The notes beneath the pieces were generated by a model. The model saw nothing but the letters and a program-made list of their open reading frames with translations. It had not been told where the DNA came from and did not search any database. This document shows positions 41,715 through 51,514 of a stretch of DNA of 64,000 bases, one piece after another. How positions within the stretch are numbered: position 1 is the first letter of the stretch; the number at the start of each line of letters is the position of its first letter. A program made the position numbers and the translations under genes. The DNA is from Candidatus Heimdallarchaeota archaeon (GTDB lineage: Archaea > Asgardarchaeota > Heimdallarchaeia > JABLTI01), in the NCBI GenBank assembly GCA_019056785.1, contig DXJV01000068.1, positions 1-64,000 of the forward strand. Direction: 5' to 3'.

Positions 41715-42509
41715 ATGGAAGAAGAACGCCTTTCAGAACATGAATCAGTAAGAATAGTCTATAAAAAACTACGAAAAGAATCTGTTGAACAATCAGAATC
41801 CCACAGCCGCTTGTTTATTCGGTTGGAACAAGAAGGAATAACCAACATTTGGGGCAGGTATGCGGATCAAGGTTTAGCCTTTGGCCAACCAGACCGAAGG
41901 TGCTATTTCTGTCAATCTGGGGGCGATGTGATTTATGTTCCAATGCCCCTTGCCGTGCCAATGTAGAAAAAGATCGTCGGGGTGTCTGCGGGATGACAGG
42001 AGACGGCATAGCAATGCGAATGATGCGCTTAAGAAACGTTATGGGAACAGCAACATATCAATACCACACAGAACAAACAATTAAAACAATGAGAGCAATT
42101 GCGCAAGGAAAAACACCCTTTCAAATTGCAGAGCCGGAAAATTAAAGGCATTTGTAAAAAGACTAGGGATAACAATTGGTGAAGATTGGAAGAAAGGCGT
42201 GAAGAAGCTATGTGATTTTGTGGAAAAGAATTCAATAAAAAATACGACGAACCAAGCACTCTCGTTGAAATTTTAGCACCAGAGGAACGAAAAGCAACGA
42301 TAGATGCAATTTTCGCTTTAGCATATGGTCTTTATACCTACGTAAATCCCATTCCCACGGTCACCGGCGGACTAAACCTCGTGAAACTACTCACAGAGGA
42401 CTTGAAGGACATCACCGGTGGACTCCTAAGCGTAGAACCAGATACTGTGAAAGCAGTTGATGGCATCGAAAAACATATCCTCACCAAGCGAAAGAAATTG
42501 GGGCTATGA
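41715..42509 (+). pseudogene. cooS: Anaerobic Ni-CO dehydrogenase (CooS-type) remnant with three 1-bp frameshifts and a large internal deletion
   Basis: N-terminal RRCYFC...RCDLCSNAPC...GVCG...RNVMG is followed, across three 1-bp shifts, by APEERK, which joins directly in frame to the C-terminal KATIDAIFALAYGLYTYVNPIPTVTGG...VKLLTED...KRKKLGL*. Confidence 0.85.
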
Positions 42510-42516
42510 TTTTTTA

Positions 42517-44223
42517 TTAAAAGCCTATTCGCTTTTTACTCAAAAATTGATCTTTAATTTTAGTGCAAAACTCTTTAGTTGCTATTCTTTCTCTTGCTAT
42601 TTTCCCATTCTCGAGCATAATAACTCTACTGTTTGGGATGAGTGATAGCAAATCATGAGTTACAACTATGGCTGAGGCGCCTGTACCCATAATATAATCT
42701 ACAAGGAGGCTCATTACTTTGTGTTTGTTCATTTCGTCTAGATTGGCAGTGGGCTCATCTAGAAGTAAAATCTCCGGTGCTTGCAATAATCCTAAGAGAA
42801 ATGAAGCTCTTTTTCTTTCTCCTAATGAAAATTTTGCGACATCTTGATCTGTGATTTCGTCTAATGTGAGAAAGTGAAGAAGAAAATCCTTTTCATAGAA
42901 TGCCCTTTCCTTTTGAGTCTTGTGAACATTAAGGAAATAATTGAGATTTTCATCAAGGGTCATAGAAGGATACAAATTAACATATTGAGATAAATAATAC
43001 ATTTTTTGAGCGCGAACTTTTTCAACAAGAGATTGATTTGAAGAAGAGATAGCCTTGCCAAAGAGCTCTAAAGAACCATTAAAATCCAAGTCCATCCCAG
43101 AAAGAATGTTCAAAAAAGTGGTCTTCCCAGAGCCTGAAGGCCCAATTAAAAACACCAATTCACTTGGAAGAAGTTGGAGATTTATCCCATCAAGGATAAG
43201 CTGATCATTCGGAGAATGATACCACTTTTGTAAATTCTTACATGCTAGGATGGGTGTTACCCCCTTCTTGTGCTTTTTTGGATGAAATCCTGAGATTTTT
43301 ACAAATTGAGGATGTTCTACTTCTTTAAACGCTTCTGAGCCTTGTGGATTCTCGAGGAAGACTTTCTTTATTTCGTAATCAATAACGAATTTTACTTTCT
43401 TATCAAGAGCTAAAAGTTCCTTTATACGATTTGGTAAGAAAAGATAAGAAAAGCTATCAATATGCGAGACAAATATTTCTTTTGTCTGATTTTCCTTTTC
43501 TTGCTCTCCTTCTAAAAGATGTTCATTCAAGTCTTCTTGGGTATACACAGCACCCAACCTACCATTGAAGATTAGAAATGATTCGGAGACAACAGAAAAG
43601 TAAACAGGATCATGGCTTACCACTAAAATAGTTGTGCCTTCTTGTTGGTTTATTGCTTTCAATAACTCAAGGATAACTTGTGTGTTTTTTTTATCAAGTT
43701 GCCCCGTAGGCTCGTCTGCCAGCAAAATAGGCGGATTCGTTATAAGAGCAACAGCAAGACTCACTCGCATGCTTTCTCCCATGGAGAGCTGTTTGGCACG
43801 ATGCTGAGAGAGATGTTTGATTTCCATTCTTTCTAATGCATCTTCTACTACCTTTTTACCTTTTTCCCTGCTTTCCCCTAACAAGCGAAGGGGGATCAAG
43901 AGGTTTTGTTCAACAGATAATTCCGGAAACAAATTATAGTGTGGCATTTGATTAAGAAAGCCAATATTTTGAAGCCGAAATTGGTACAATTTTTTTGGTG
44001 TTAGTAAATCAATATCTTGAGACAACACATTTACTTTGCCACTCGTTGGTTGTTCTAAACCACTTAGAATTCTTAAGAGTGTGGACTTTCCAGCTCCACT
44101 TGGACCGATGATGGAAACAAAACTACTTTCTTCAACTGCCAAATCACATCCACTTAATGCGACAATGGATCGACCCAACTTAGGATTTGGATAAATTTTA
44201 GTTATTGCCTCTAATTTAATCAT
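42517..44223 (-). CDS. Tandem-fused LolD/MacB-type ABC ATPase (two NBDs, AbrB-like linker)
   Basis: GPSGAGKS/LSMGE/LLADEPTGQLD/VSHD and [28 protein letters not shown]; linker HIDSFSYLFLPNRIKELL..KKVKF. Confidence 0.88.
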   Translation of the reverse strand: MIKLEAITKIYPNPKLGRSIVALSGCDLAVEESSFVSIIGPSGAGKSTLLRILSGLEQPTSGKVNVLSQDIDLLTPKKLYQFRLQNIGFLNQMPHYNLFPELSVEQNLLIPLRLLGESREKGKKVVEDALERMEIKHLSQHRAKQLSMGESMRVSLAVALITNPPILLADEPTGQLDKKNTQVILELLKAINQQEGTTILVVSHDPVYFSVVSESFLIFNGRLGAVYTQEDLNEHLLEGEQEKENQTKEIFVSHIDSFSYLFLPNRIKELLALDKKVKFVIDYEIKKVFLENPQGSEAFKEVEHPQFVKISGFHPKKHKKGVTPILACKNLQKWYHSPNDQLILDGINLQLLPSELVFLIGPSGSGKTTFLNILSGMDLDFNGSLELFGKAISSSNQSLVEKVRAQKMYYLSQYVNLYPSMTLDENLNYFLNVHKTQKERAFYEKDFLLHFLTLDEITDQDVAKFSLGERKRASFLLGLLQAPEILLLDEPTANLDEMNKHKVMSLLVDYIMGTGASAIVVTHDLLSLIPNSRVIMLENGKIARERIATKEFCTKIKDQFLSKKRIGF

Positions 44224-47150
44224 CAGGTTTCCTCCCTTATTGATGGCTGGAAGTTTAAGAACTTCTTTAGATAGAAATACCGAATACTAACATCAATTCC
44301 AATTATAACTACTATTAGAACAGAAAGATAAACAGAAATCTTGGAAAAATAGGGGACTTCAAGAACCCAATTATCCGCCTTAACAAGGATCTTTAGGAGA
44401 AAAGTAAGAGTACCAATACCAGCGGCACAGCCAATTGGGAACATTAATACTAGGAGAAGGAGATACTCGAGTAAGAATCCTTTTGAGATGTTTCTAATTG
44501 GAGTACCCCGATAACGCAATACAAGTATCTTTTCGCGGCGGTTGTTAAGTTCCTCTCTAGTTAATACAATATTTGTAGTGAAAAAGCTTATCGTTGCAAA
44601 GACACCCGAGGTAATTGATAAAGCAAAAATGCTGGTAGAAAAGGTGGGCAAGTACTTTGGATACCAATCAATCCATGTTGTTGGCAAAAAAGAATAGCCA
44701 AGAGCATCAACTTCTTGTAAAAATTGCTTAACTTCTACATGCTTTTCAAGTTTTACAAGAACAGCTTCTTCAATTATAATAATCAAGATGTCTTTTTGGT
44801 GGAGAAGGATGGTTTTAAAACCCCCTTCTGTCATCACAAGAAATGGAACCGTTCTTCCCTCTTCGTACTGTGCGTCCATTAACTCTTGATCATTCAGAAG
44901 AATCGGAAAGCGGTTAAAAGTTCCCCAAACAGTAAAATTAACTTTCACGAATTCATTTTCTGAAGCTGAGAGATTGTTTATTCCTATGGTGAGCAGACTC
45001 TCTCCTTGTTCAACTTCAATTCTATTGTTAAGAAAATCATCTTTTGATTGCGTTAGAATGGCATTAGTTCTATTGCAAAATTTCTCTAAACTATTTTTTG
45101 TGATCCCCATATGGTATTCTTTAGCATACGCTACAGTGGATCCAAAAGTGGGAGAAACAACAAGGACCTGGTAAACAACATTATAAATTGTCAATTGAAT
45201 AAAAGAATAATTGGCTGTAGAAGAGACCGAAGGAAGAGAAGAAACATCTGAAATAAAGCTCTCAGTAATAGAAGGTTGTTCTAAACGAAATGAAACATCA
45301 GAGCCGAGCATAAATCTTGCTGAATTAGCAGCGTGTTGAGTGAGGTAGGCCGGAAGAATGAACGATTGTAAGAGGATAAGGAAAAAGAGTCCAATAAAAA
45401 AAGATTGTTTTCTTTGATGCTGAAAGGCAAAAGACAGATTGTGTAATAAAATAGAGAATTTTTTAGAGACTTTTTCCCAGAGAGTTTGGGCGGTTGATAC
45501 CACTTTCAAGAGTAATATATTTATCAAAATAAAAAGAACGCAAACAACTACCATCGCAATAAAAAGATATGAAAAAGTGTTTAGAATGAAGCTTAAACTT
45601 GAAGTTAAATCTTCTTGAGCAAATAAAAATCTCTTTACTAGTAAAAAGGATGTTAACCCAATTAATCCAAACGTCGCCATTAAGCTGAAAATTAATAGCT
45701 GCATTTTCGATGTGTTTTTAGGATGAGTGGAGATAGAACTAAGGCGATTCGGGAAAGAAGCTTCAACTTGCTTGAGAAGAATTACCAAACTAATTAATGA
45801 AAAGCCAAAGATTATGATAAAAAACAGCAATGAGGGAAGAAAAACAGTAGCGAATGAAATGAGTTGTAATGGAAGAAAGTGTGATTTTAATAATAAGGTG
45901 ATTATCGCCAAATTACCATATGTTATAGGAAAGGCAAACAGAAGAGCGCAAAAAGCAGAAAGGGCCAACTCCAGAAATCGTGCCACTGAAAAAATTTTGA
46001 GAATGGTTTTTCTAGAAAAACCGCGAGTCAAAAAATTTGTGTAAATATCTGATGTTTTTAGAATGTTTGTCGAGACACTAAACCAAAGAATTGCTATTGA
46101 AAAAACTGTGACAAGGAGTCCAATTGCGATTAGACGGAACCACTGTTGCCGTATTTCACTTTTGAACGCCGCCATAAATTCAGCCAATTCTGGGCTCACG
46201 TTTGCGAAAAGCCCATGATAATAGGAGGGGCCTGAAAGTTTGGGCAAATTTTCTGCTGTCTTATAGAGTTCTTTTAAGTGAGAAATTTTGAAAGAAGAAA
46301 AATCATAAAGGAATTGGACATTAATGCTAATCTCAGAATATAATAATGCAGGGAAATAATGAAAGAAATCGGTTAGATAATCGATTGGGACTAAGAGTAA
46401 AGGGTGTTGAGAAATAAACCCCAAATTGCTACTTAAAGCGTGATGGAGAAAAGGATTTTCTGTGCTGAGTCTCCCTTCAAGGAGGAAATCATTCACTGAA
46501 AAATAGTTTGAGATACTAGCGTTTAAAGGGTTTATTAGAAAGGTGTTATTAATGAATACATCATCAATTTCTAAAGAAAATGGTAGAATAGAAATATTAT
46601 CCCCAATAGCGTAAGAATATTCGTACTCATCAGTTGGCAAATCGGTATTTCTCACCAAGATAACCTCATTATAGGCAACCGGCATCGTTTCGAAGGCAAA
46701 ATACTTGGAGGCTTGCATTAGAGTTTCATTTTCTAGGAACAGAACAGTTAGTGGTGCGAATGTTCCTTGTGCGAAAAATTGCATTTCTGCTTCGCATAAC
46801 ATTAATCGATCAGTTATATATCCTTCTAAGTTTGAATAAGAAATGATTTCTGTCACATCTTCGTCAATATTCTTTAGAAGGTCTGAGGGGATGTTGCTCG
46901 TGTTCGAAAGATAAGACTCACTCATCATGTAATACAGAGAATAATAGTCATCTTGTTCCAATGGGTGTAACGTTTGATATTCAGGTAAAAAAGAGGATTG
47001 CACACTTAGTCCGGTAAAAAGGGTAGGGAAGAATAAAAGGAAAGGAAGCATGAAACTTAAAAGATTAAAAGTTAATTGTCTCTTGTCACTAAAAGAAAAG
47101 GAAAATGCACTATAGAATAGTGCTTTGAAAGAGAGCTTTTCTTTGGACAT
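44223..47150 (-). CDS. FtsX/MacB-like ABC permease (two-repeat, highly diverged)
   Basis: Two halves, each an extracellular domain plus TM bundle; FLTRGFSRKTI and RREKILVLRYRGTP coupling helices; GSDV motif; 1-bp overlaps with both neighbours. Confidence 0.8.
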   Translation of the reverse strand: MSKEKLSFKALFYSAFSFSFSDKRQLTFNLLSFMLPFLLFFPTLFTGLSVQSSFLPEYQTLHPLEQDDYYSLYYMMSESYLSNTSNIPSDLLKNIDEDVTEIISYSNLEGYITDRLMLCEAEMQFFAQGTFAPLTVLFLENETLMQASKYFAFETMPVAYNEVILVRNTDLPTDEYEYSYAIGDNISILPFSLEIDDVFINNTFLINPLNASISNYFSVNDFLLEGRLSTENPFLHHALSSNLGFISQHPLLLVPIDYLTDFFHYFPALLYSEISINVQFLYDFSSFKISHLKELYKTAENLPKLSGPSYYHGLFANVSPELAEFMAAFKSEIRQQWFRLIAIGLLVTVFSIAILWFSVSTNILKTSDIYTNFLTRGFSRKTILKIFSVARFLELALSAFCALLFAFPITYGNLAIITLLLKSHFLPLQLISFATVFLPSLLFFIIIFGFSLISLVILLKQVEASFPNRLSSISTHPKNTSKMQLLIFSLMATFGLIGLTSFLLVKRFLFAQEDLTSSLSFILNTFSYLFIAMVVVCVLFILINILLLKVVSTAQTLWEKVSKKFSILLHNLSFAFQHQRKQSFFIGLFFLILLQSFILPAYLTQHAANSARFMLGSDVSFRLEQPSITESFISDVSSLPSVSSTANYSFIQLTIYNVVYQVLVVSPTFGSTVAYAKEYHMGITKNSLEKFCNRTNAILTQSKDDFLNNRIEVEQGESLLTIGINNLSASENEFVKVNFTVWGTFNRFPILLNDQELMDAQYEEGRTVPFLVMTEGGFKTILLHQKDILIIIIEEAVLVKLEKHVEVKQFLQEVDALGYSFLPTTWIDWYPKYLPTFSTSIFALSITSGVFATISFFTTNIVLTREELNNRREKILVLRYRGTPIRNISKGFLLEYLLLLVLMFPIGCAAGIGTLTFLLKILVKADNWVLEVPYFSKISVYLSVLIVVIIGIDVSIRYFYLKKFLNFQPSIREET

Positions 47151-48595
47151 TAATTGCTTTCCCTCGGCCTTTTCTTTTTAAGGAAATAGAAGGTTAAACT
47201 TCCAATTAAGATTGATGGGGTTATAATCGAAGCAGTGATTATCAGCCGGAAATAAACGATCCTTATTGCTTTAATAAGGAATGGTTTTTTAATTTGGCTT
47301 GCAGCTGGTCCAAGGACACTAATAGCTGATATAATTTTAGACCCACCTCCAATAGAATGGTAGGGGGATGCATTTCCATAAATAAAACCTAGGAAGTACG
47401 AGTCAATAACCTCTTGGGTGTTAATATTCCACGAAAAACTACTATAAAATGGCTCATAATTTTCATCTAACCCTAAATCAACAAAATTCCAACTAGGGTT
47501 GTCCTCGGTTAGGTTATAACACCCCCTGTATAATCTAGGACCAATATGAGGCACATTCCTTAAATATAACAAGTTCACTTCGGAGCCATTCATCGCAACA
47601 TCAAAAAATTTTGGAGCAGTCTCGTAGTAAATCTCATTTGTAATATATTGGCCAAAAATTCCATAAGCATTTGTTGTAGTGCCCTGTAAAACAAATGTAT
47701 GTATTGTTTTATTATACTCAAAAAGGGCAAACTCTGATGAATAACCGATACTTGTAGGCAAAAAGTAGAAAAACTTGCCAGTGGTTTGATCGAAAAGCAA
47801 TCTCCCACTATTAATTTCATAATTTAGATAAGAGAATGAAATATTTATAGGGCTCATGAATGTTTGGGTAGTGAAATTAAAAGGTAAGAAGAGGTAATCG
47901 TCCTCTGCTGTAAGGTTTTTGAAGAGAAAATATGCGCAGTTAAGGGTTGTAGCATAGCAAGAGGAGACCGGCGTTATCTTTCCATTAAGTGTGAAAGTTT
48001 GTTTGTTTACCGTTGTACCTTTTATCTTCAGAGAAATTACTTCTGTTGCTTTACTCTCACTACTGATACTAGTAAGGAGAAAAACATTCTCGTTGTTCAA
48101 GAAGCGTATGCCAAGTAACTCTGGGTTGTAATAGTAATTCGAATATACATATTCATTGACATTTAAAAGAAAGATTTTTCTACTGAAATTTGTGGTGGCA
48201 TTGTAATAATAGTAATAATAATTGTGGTCGTATCTTTGATTGCTTTTGTTTTCTTCTGTTGCAAGATAAGCAACAGAAAAGGATTGATCTGCAAAAGCTG
48301 AGAAACATATTTCATTATTCAGATAAAACTCTTCTTGTATGATGTTTTTCTTAACTTTCCCCTCTTCAACTGAAAAGTGTATCAAGTCTTTTTTGTATTG
48401 TTGAATAGATGCATAAATCAAGTGAATGTTATTAGTACCAACCATTCCACCATAGATGCCAAATTCTCTATTCGATGTTACTACAATATTATTTAATGAC
48501 ATTGAAGTTGAAACAGCTAAAATTTCACAATTTGTCATTAAACAGATAGACATAAAAGCAATTCCCAGTAAGATTTTCTTTTCCATGCTTTTCAT
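47150..48595 (-). CDS. Hypothetical exported beta-rich protein with C-terminal TM anchor
   Basis: Signal peptide, Tyr/Asn/Phe-rich body, C-terminal TM followed by KKKRPR; stop overlaps the permease start. Confidence 0.65.
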   Translation of the reverse strand: MKSMEKKILLGIAFMSICLMTNCEILAVSTSMSLNNIVVTSNREFGIYGGMVGTNNIHLIYASIQQYKKDLIHFSVEEGKVKKNIIQEEFYLNNEICFSAFADQSFSVAYLATEENKSNQRYDHNYYYYYYNATTNFSRKIFLLNVNEYVYSNYYYNPELLGIRFLNNENVFLLTSISSESKATEVISLKIKGTTVNKQTFTLNGKITPVSSCYATTLNCAYFLFKNLTAEDDYLFLPFNFTTQTFMSPINISFSYLNYEINSGRLLFDQTTGKFFYFLPTSIGYSSEFALFEYNKTIHTFVLQGTTTNAYGIFGQYITNEIYYETAPKFFDVAMNGSEVNLLYLRNVPHIGPRLYRGCYNLTEDNPSWNFVDLGLDENYEPFYSSFSWNINTQEVIDSYFLGFIYGNASPYHSIGGGSKIISAISVLGPAASQIKKPFLIKAIRIVYFRLIITASIITPSILIGSLTFYFLKKKRPRESN

Positions 48596-48771
48596 CTCTC
48601 ATTTAATTTTTACTTTTTTTCTATAAAGACCTTTTTAAAAAGAAATAAAACCTCCATTTTTACGGGGGCCAAGGATCAGGAAAAGTGACGTATGCTAAAA
48701 CATCCTCAATTTCATTGTCTGCTCCAGAGGAGAAATAGTCATCTATATGGCTCCAAAAAGAAGCCCAATCA

Positions 48772-49317
48772 TCATGCGAAATATCCGCCATCGGTCCAGT
48801 AGGCATATTGATTGTCCCACCGCCAAGAGGCAATGGTATAACCGTTATTATAGAATTCCATTGTTGCGTATTGTGTGAATTGCCAGATACCGACTTTTAA
48901 ATCATCTCCTGCGCTTTCTCCGAAATTATATTTGTATGATTTGTCGCTATGAGAGCCATCATATACTGTTATTCGCATACTGAAATCGTTCCAGCTATCA
49001 CCATTAGAATTCGAAGCTACAATAATTAAAAAGTCCATGTAGTTTAAATATGGCATGAATGCTGAATCAGGTCCGCTTAAAGTCTCATAGATATCAAAAT
49101 CATCTTTTCCTGTAGTTTCATACGCGAAATACCTAGTTGCTTTTCCTCCTGTAGAAGGAACATCAACAAGTAAAATTAATACGCTGTCGCCATATAATCC
49201 AGACCCATTAAAATGAATCCGTATATTATCGACATAAGCTGAATTAACAAAAAAAGAATTCAAGCTAAGTATAGTCAATAATACGGCAAAGAGAACAAGA
49301 AATCTTTTCGTTTTCAT
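48772..49317 (-). CDS. Small secreted protein (181 aa), first gene of cassette A
   Basis: MKTKRFLVLFAVLLTILSLNSFFVNSA signal; SD GGAGG; aromatic/Gly/Asp-rich mature part with no anchor. Confidence 0.7.
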   Translation of the reverse strand: MKTKRFLVLFAVLLTILSLNSFFVNSAYVDNIRIHFNGSGLYGDSVLILLVDVPSTGGKATRYFAYETTGKDDFDIYETLSGPDSAFMPYLNYMDFLIIVASNSNGDSWNDFSMRITVYDGSHSDKSYKYNFGESAGDDLKVGIWQFTQYATMEFYNNGYTIASWRWDNQYAYWTDGGYFA

Positions 49318-49328
49318 TTTTTTCCTCC

Positions 49329-49412
49329 CATAATTTTTCCTATTCCAAAACCAAGAATAGTTGTAAACACTAGGATTAATAAAAAAAAGGTTGTTTTCTT
49401 TTACGTAAAAAA
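49329..49412 (-). promoter_or_regulatory. Conserved upstream element, copy 1 (palindrome, putative BRE/TATA, leader)
   Basis: Reverse complement aligns to 59709-59793 with 6 substitutions and one 2-nt indel; perfect palindrome TTTTACGTAAAA at 49399-49410. Confidence 0.85.
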
Positions 49413-49604
49413 AGCAAAACTTTTTTTAATTTTTGATAGCTATATCAAACAATTCTAAGAAATCATTGGTTCAAAATTAACTTAAGTATAAATTTTTTTG
49501 CGATTTTTATTTTGCATGATTTGAAGGACTTTTTTCTTCTCATCGCAACTATTTTAAAGAGAAAACGAGAGGGAAAAATAGAGCACAATTCATTTGTCTC
49601 TTAT

Positions 49605-49713
49605 GAGTCTGTAGCGCAGCTAGGATAGCGCGGCAGCCTTCTAAACGGCTCATGACGCAATCATGTTCGGGAGTCGTTGCAGGTCGAGGGTTCAAATCCC
49701 TCCAGACTCGCCA
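49605..49713 (+). tRNA. tRNA-Arg(UCU) with ~31-nt anticodon-loop intron and encoded CCA
   Basis: Acceptor GAGTCTG/CAGACTC, D-stem GCGC/GCGC, anticodon stem GCAGC/GTTGC, TCT at 49640-49642, variable loop AGGTC, T-arm GAGGG-TTCAAAT-CCCTC, then G-CCA. Confidence 0.88.
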
Positions 49714-49727
49714 TTTTTCACTATAAG

Positions 49728-50456
49728 TCAAGCGTTCTTCTTAGGTTCTTTTCCGACTTTCTTCTTTGCTTTCTTTTCTTTCTGCTTTTTTTCGCTCTTC
49801 TTTTCCCCGGGGCGTTTTGTATTATATTTATAGCTAAAAGTTGTCACAATGTGAACAACTTTCTCTGCGACATAACTCATTTCTTGCAAGCTATCACGCA
49901 ATGAATTACCAATTAGTACTTCTGGGTCCTCAAATGAATATTCACACTTTCCTTCTACATCACAGAATTTGAATTCATAGAGCTCGCCGAGAAGTTTTTC
50001 GCACCCTTCTTTCAGCACTGCTGCTTTTTCCATTGCTAACTCGTAATCATCATAGAGTGCGTCAACATCTTCGTGCATTATTTTTGCTGTTTCAGAGATT
50101 TTTTTAAGGAGCTTCAAGAGACGTTTATAGTTCTCTTCTACGATTTGTTCTGCATATTCGGATAACAGCAATCGAACTTCTTTGCATTTCGACAACACTT
50201 CATTAATTCTTTGAAAGAGCTGGAATTTCTCGATCTCAATTTTTGTGTCCACTTGTCCATCTTGCATCAGTTTCAATAAAAGGTTTCGAACATTCTTCTC
50301 TTCCATCTCGAGGATTTCTAGCGTGTGGCAGGGTATTTTTGTGGAGTATTCAATATATAGTGCCTCAAAATATTTTGATGGGAGATAGGAGAATTGCAAT
50401 AATTTCTTCTCAATTTGTTTTTGAATTCCTCTGTAACCAAATAATCTACTAGCCAT
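49728..50456 (-). CDS. DUF47/PhoU-like helical protein (divergent)
   Basis: All-helical, immediately downstream of the Pit gene; ATG at 50456 (MASRLFG); family call rests mainly on context. Confidence 0.55.
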   Translation of the reverse strand: MASRLFGYRGIQKQIEKKLLQFSYLPSKYFEALYIEYSTKIPCHTLEILEMEEKNVRNLLLKLMQDGQVDTKIEIEKFQLFQRINEVLSKCKEVRLLLSEYAEQIVEENYKRLLKLLKKISETAKIMHEDVDALYDDYELAMEKAAVLKEGCEKLLGELYEFKFCDVEGKCEYSFEDPEVLIGNSLRDSLQEMSYVAEKVVHIVTTFSYKYNTKRPGEKKSEKKQKEKKAKKKVGKEPKKNA

Positions 50457-50458
50457 GA

Positions 50459-51463
50459 TTAAAACAACCACCTTATTCCGTGATAGCATGCTACTGCAAT
50501 AATACCACTAATTAATGGCGTTAAAAGTACAAACAGCACAACCATCCGGATTGTTTTGAAATTTATCGGTTTATTCATCCCCATTCCCGCCCCCAGAAAA
50601 CTTGATACGAGGACCATTGTTCCTGAGACAGGAATACCCAATATAACTGCTGTAAAGACCACTAATGCTGCTGAGCCCTCTGTTACAAAAGCCGATTCCG
50701 GTGTTAGTTCCACAACCTCATTTCCTAAAGTTTTCAATACTTTCCAGCCAATAATGATCAACCCAAGCCCCAAACCTGCTCCTCCAATAAGTAAAGGAAT
50801 GCGCGAATACCAATAATCTGCGGCACCAACACGCCCTGTGGCAGTAAATAACGGGACAATGGGAGCAATTGCGTTGTTAATGTCATTACCTGCCCGTGAG
50901 AGCCCTGTCCAGACAACCATTAGAAGGAGAAACACACCAAAAACGGAGTTTGCTGTTTCATGTTGCCTTAAACTTCGCACGGTATTTTTTAGAATATATC
51001 TCACGAGTTTCATCAGTAAGAACGAGATGGTGAAGCCCAAAATCGGTGAAATAACCCAAGTGGTTAAAACCCTCCCCATTCCGGACCACCCCCACTCAAC
51101 TTTGTATCCCTGTGCAAAAGAAATGCCTAAGATAGCTCCTACGAGGGCTTCGGTAGAAGAAATAGGCAAACCAAAAACAGATGCAAGTATCAAACTGATG
51201 GACATAGCAACATAGATAGAAATGAGCACAGGGTCATCTTGCATGGGCAAATCAGGGGAAATGTTATTTCGCAATGTTTCGCCGACATTTTTAGAGAGAA
51301 AGAATCCGCCGATTATTGCGATTCCCGCGCCTAGGAATACCGCAGTACGAACTGTTAATCGTTTTACCCCCACTACTGAGGAAAACGTTTCATCATTAGC
51401 TCCAATAGCGAAGGCTAACATCAAGGAAACAATTACTATAACAATTAATATAACATCCACCAT
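50459..51463 (-). CDS. PiT-family inorganic phosphate transporter
   Basis: AIGANDET, GLPISSTE..VGAILG, WVISP, GNDINNAIAP, GIPVSGT. Confidence 0.92.
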   Translation of the reverse strand: MVDVILIVIVIVSLMLAFAIGANDETFSSVVGVKRLTVRTAVFLGAGIAIIGGFFLSKNVGETLRNNISPDLPMQDDPVLISIYVAMSISLILASVFGLPISSTEALVGAILGISFAQGYKVEWGWSGMGRVLTTWVISPILGFTISFLLMKLVRYILKNTVRSLRQHETANSVFGVFLLLMVVWTGLSRAGNDINNAIAPIVPLFTATGRVGAADYWYSRIPLLIGGAGLGLGLIIIGWKVLKTLGNEVVELTPESAFVTEGSAALVVFTAVILGIPVSGTMVLVSSFLGAGMGMNKPINFKTIRMVVLFVLLTPLISGIIAVACYHGIRWLF

Positions 51464-51514
51464 TTTAAATCACTGGCTTGTTATTTCACTTTGTGTTCAA
51501 CTTCAATCTTCTTT

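Noticed and set aside
49644-49660. CTCATGA as a tRNA-Met anticodon loop
   Set aside because: The cloverleaf register places TCT at the anticodon; CATGA pairs with TCATG inside the intron.
49605-49713. tRNA as the integration site of an island
   Set aside because: I found no duplicated tRNA 3' end and no integrase or transposase; cassette A lies on the tRNA's 5' side.
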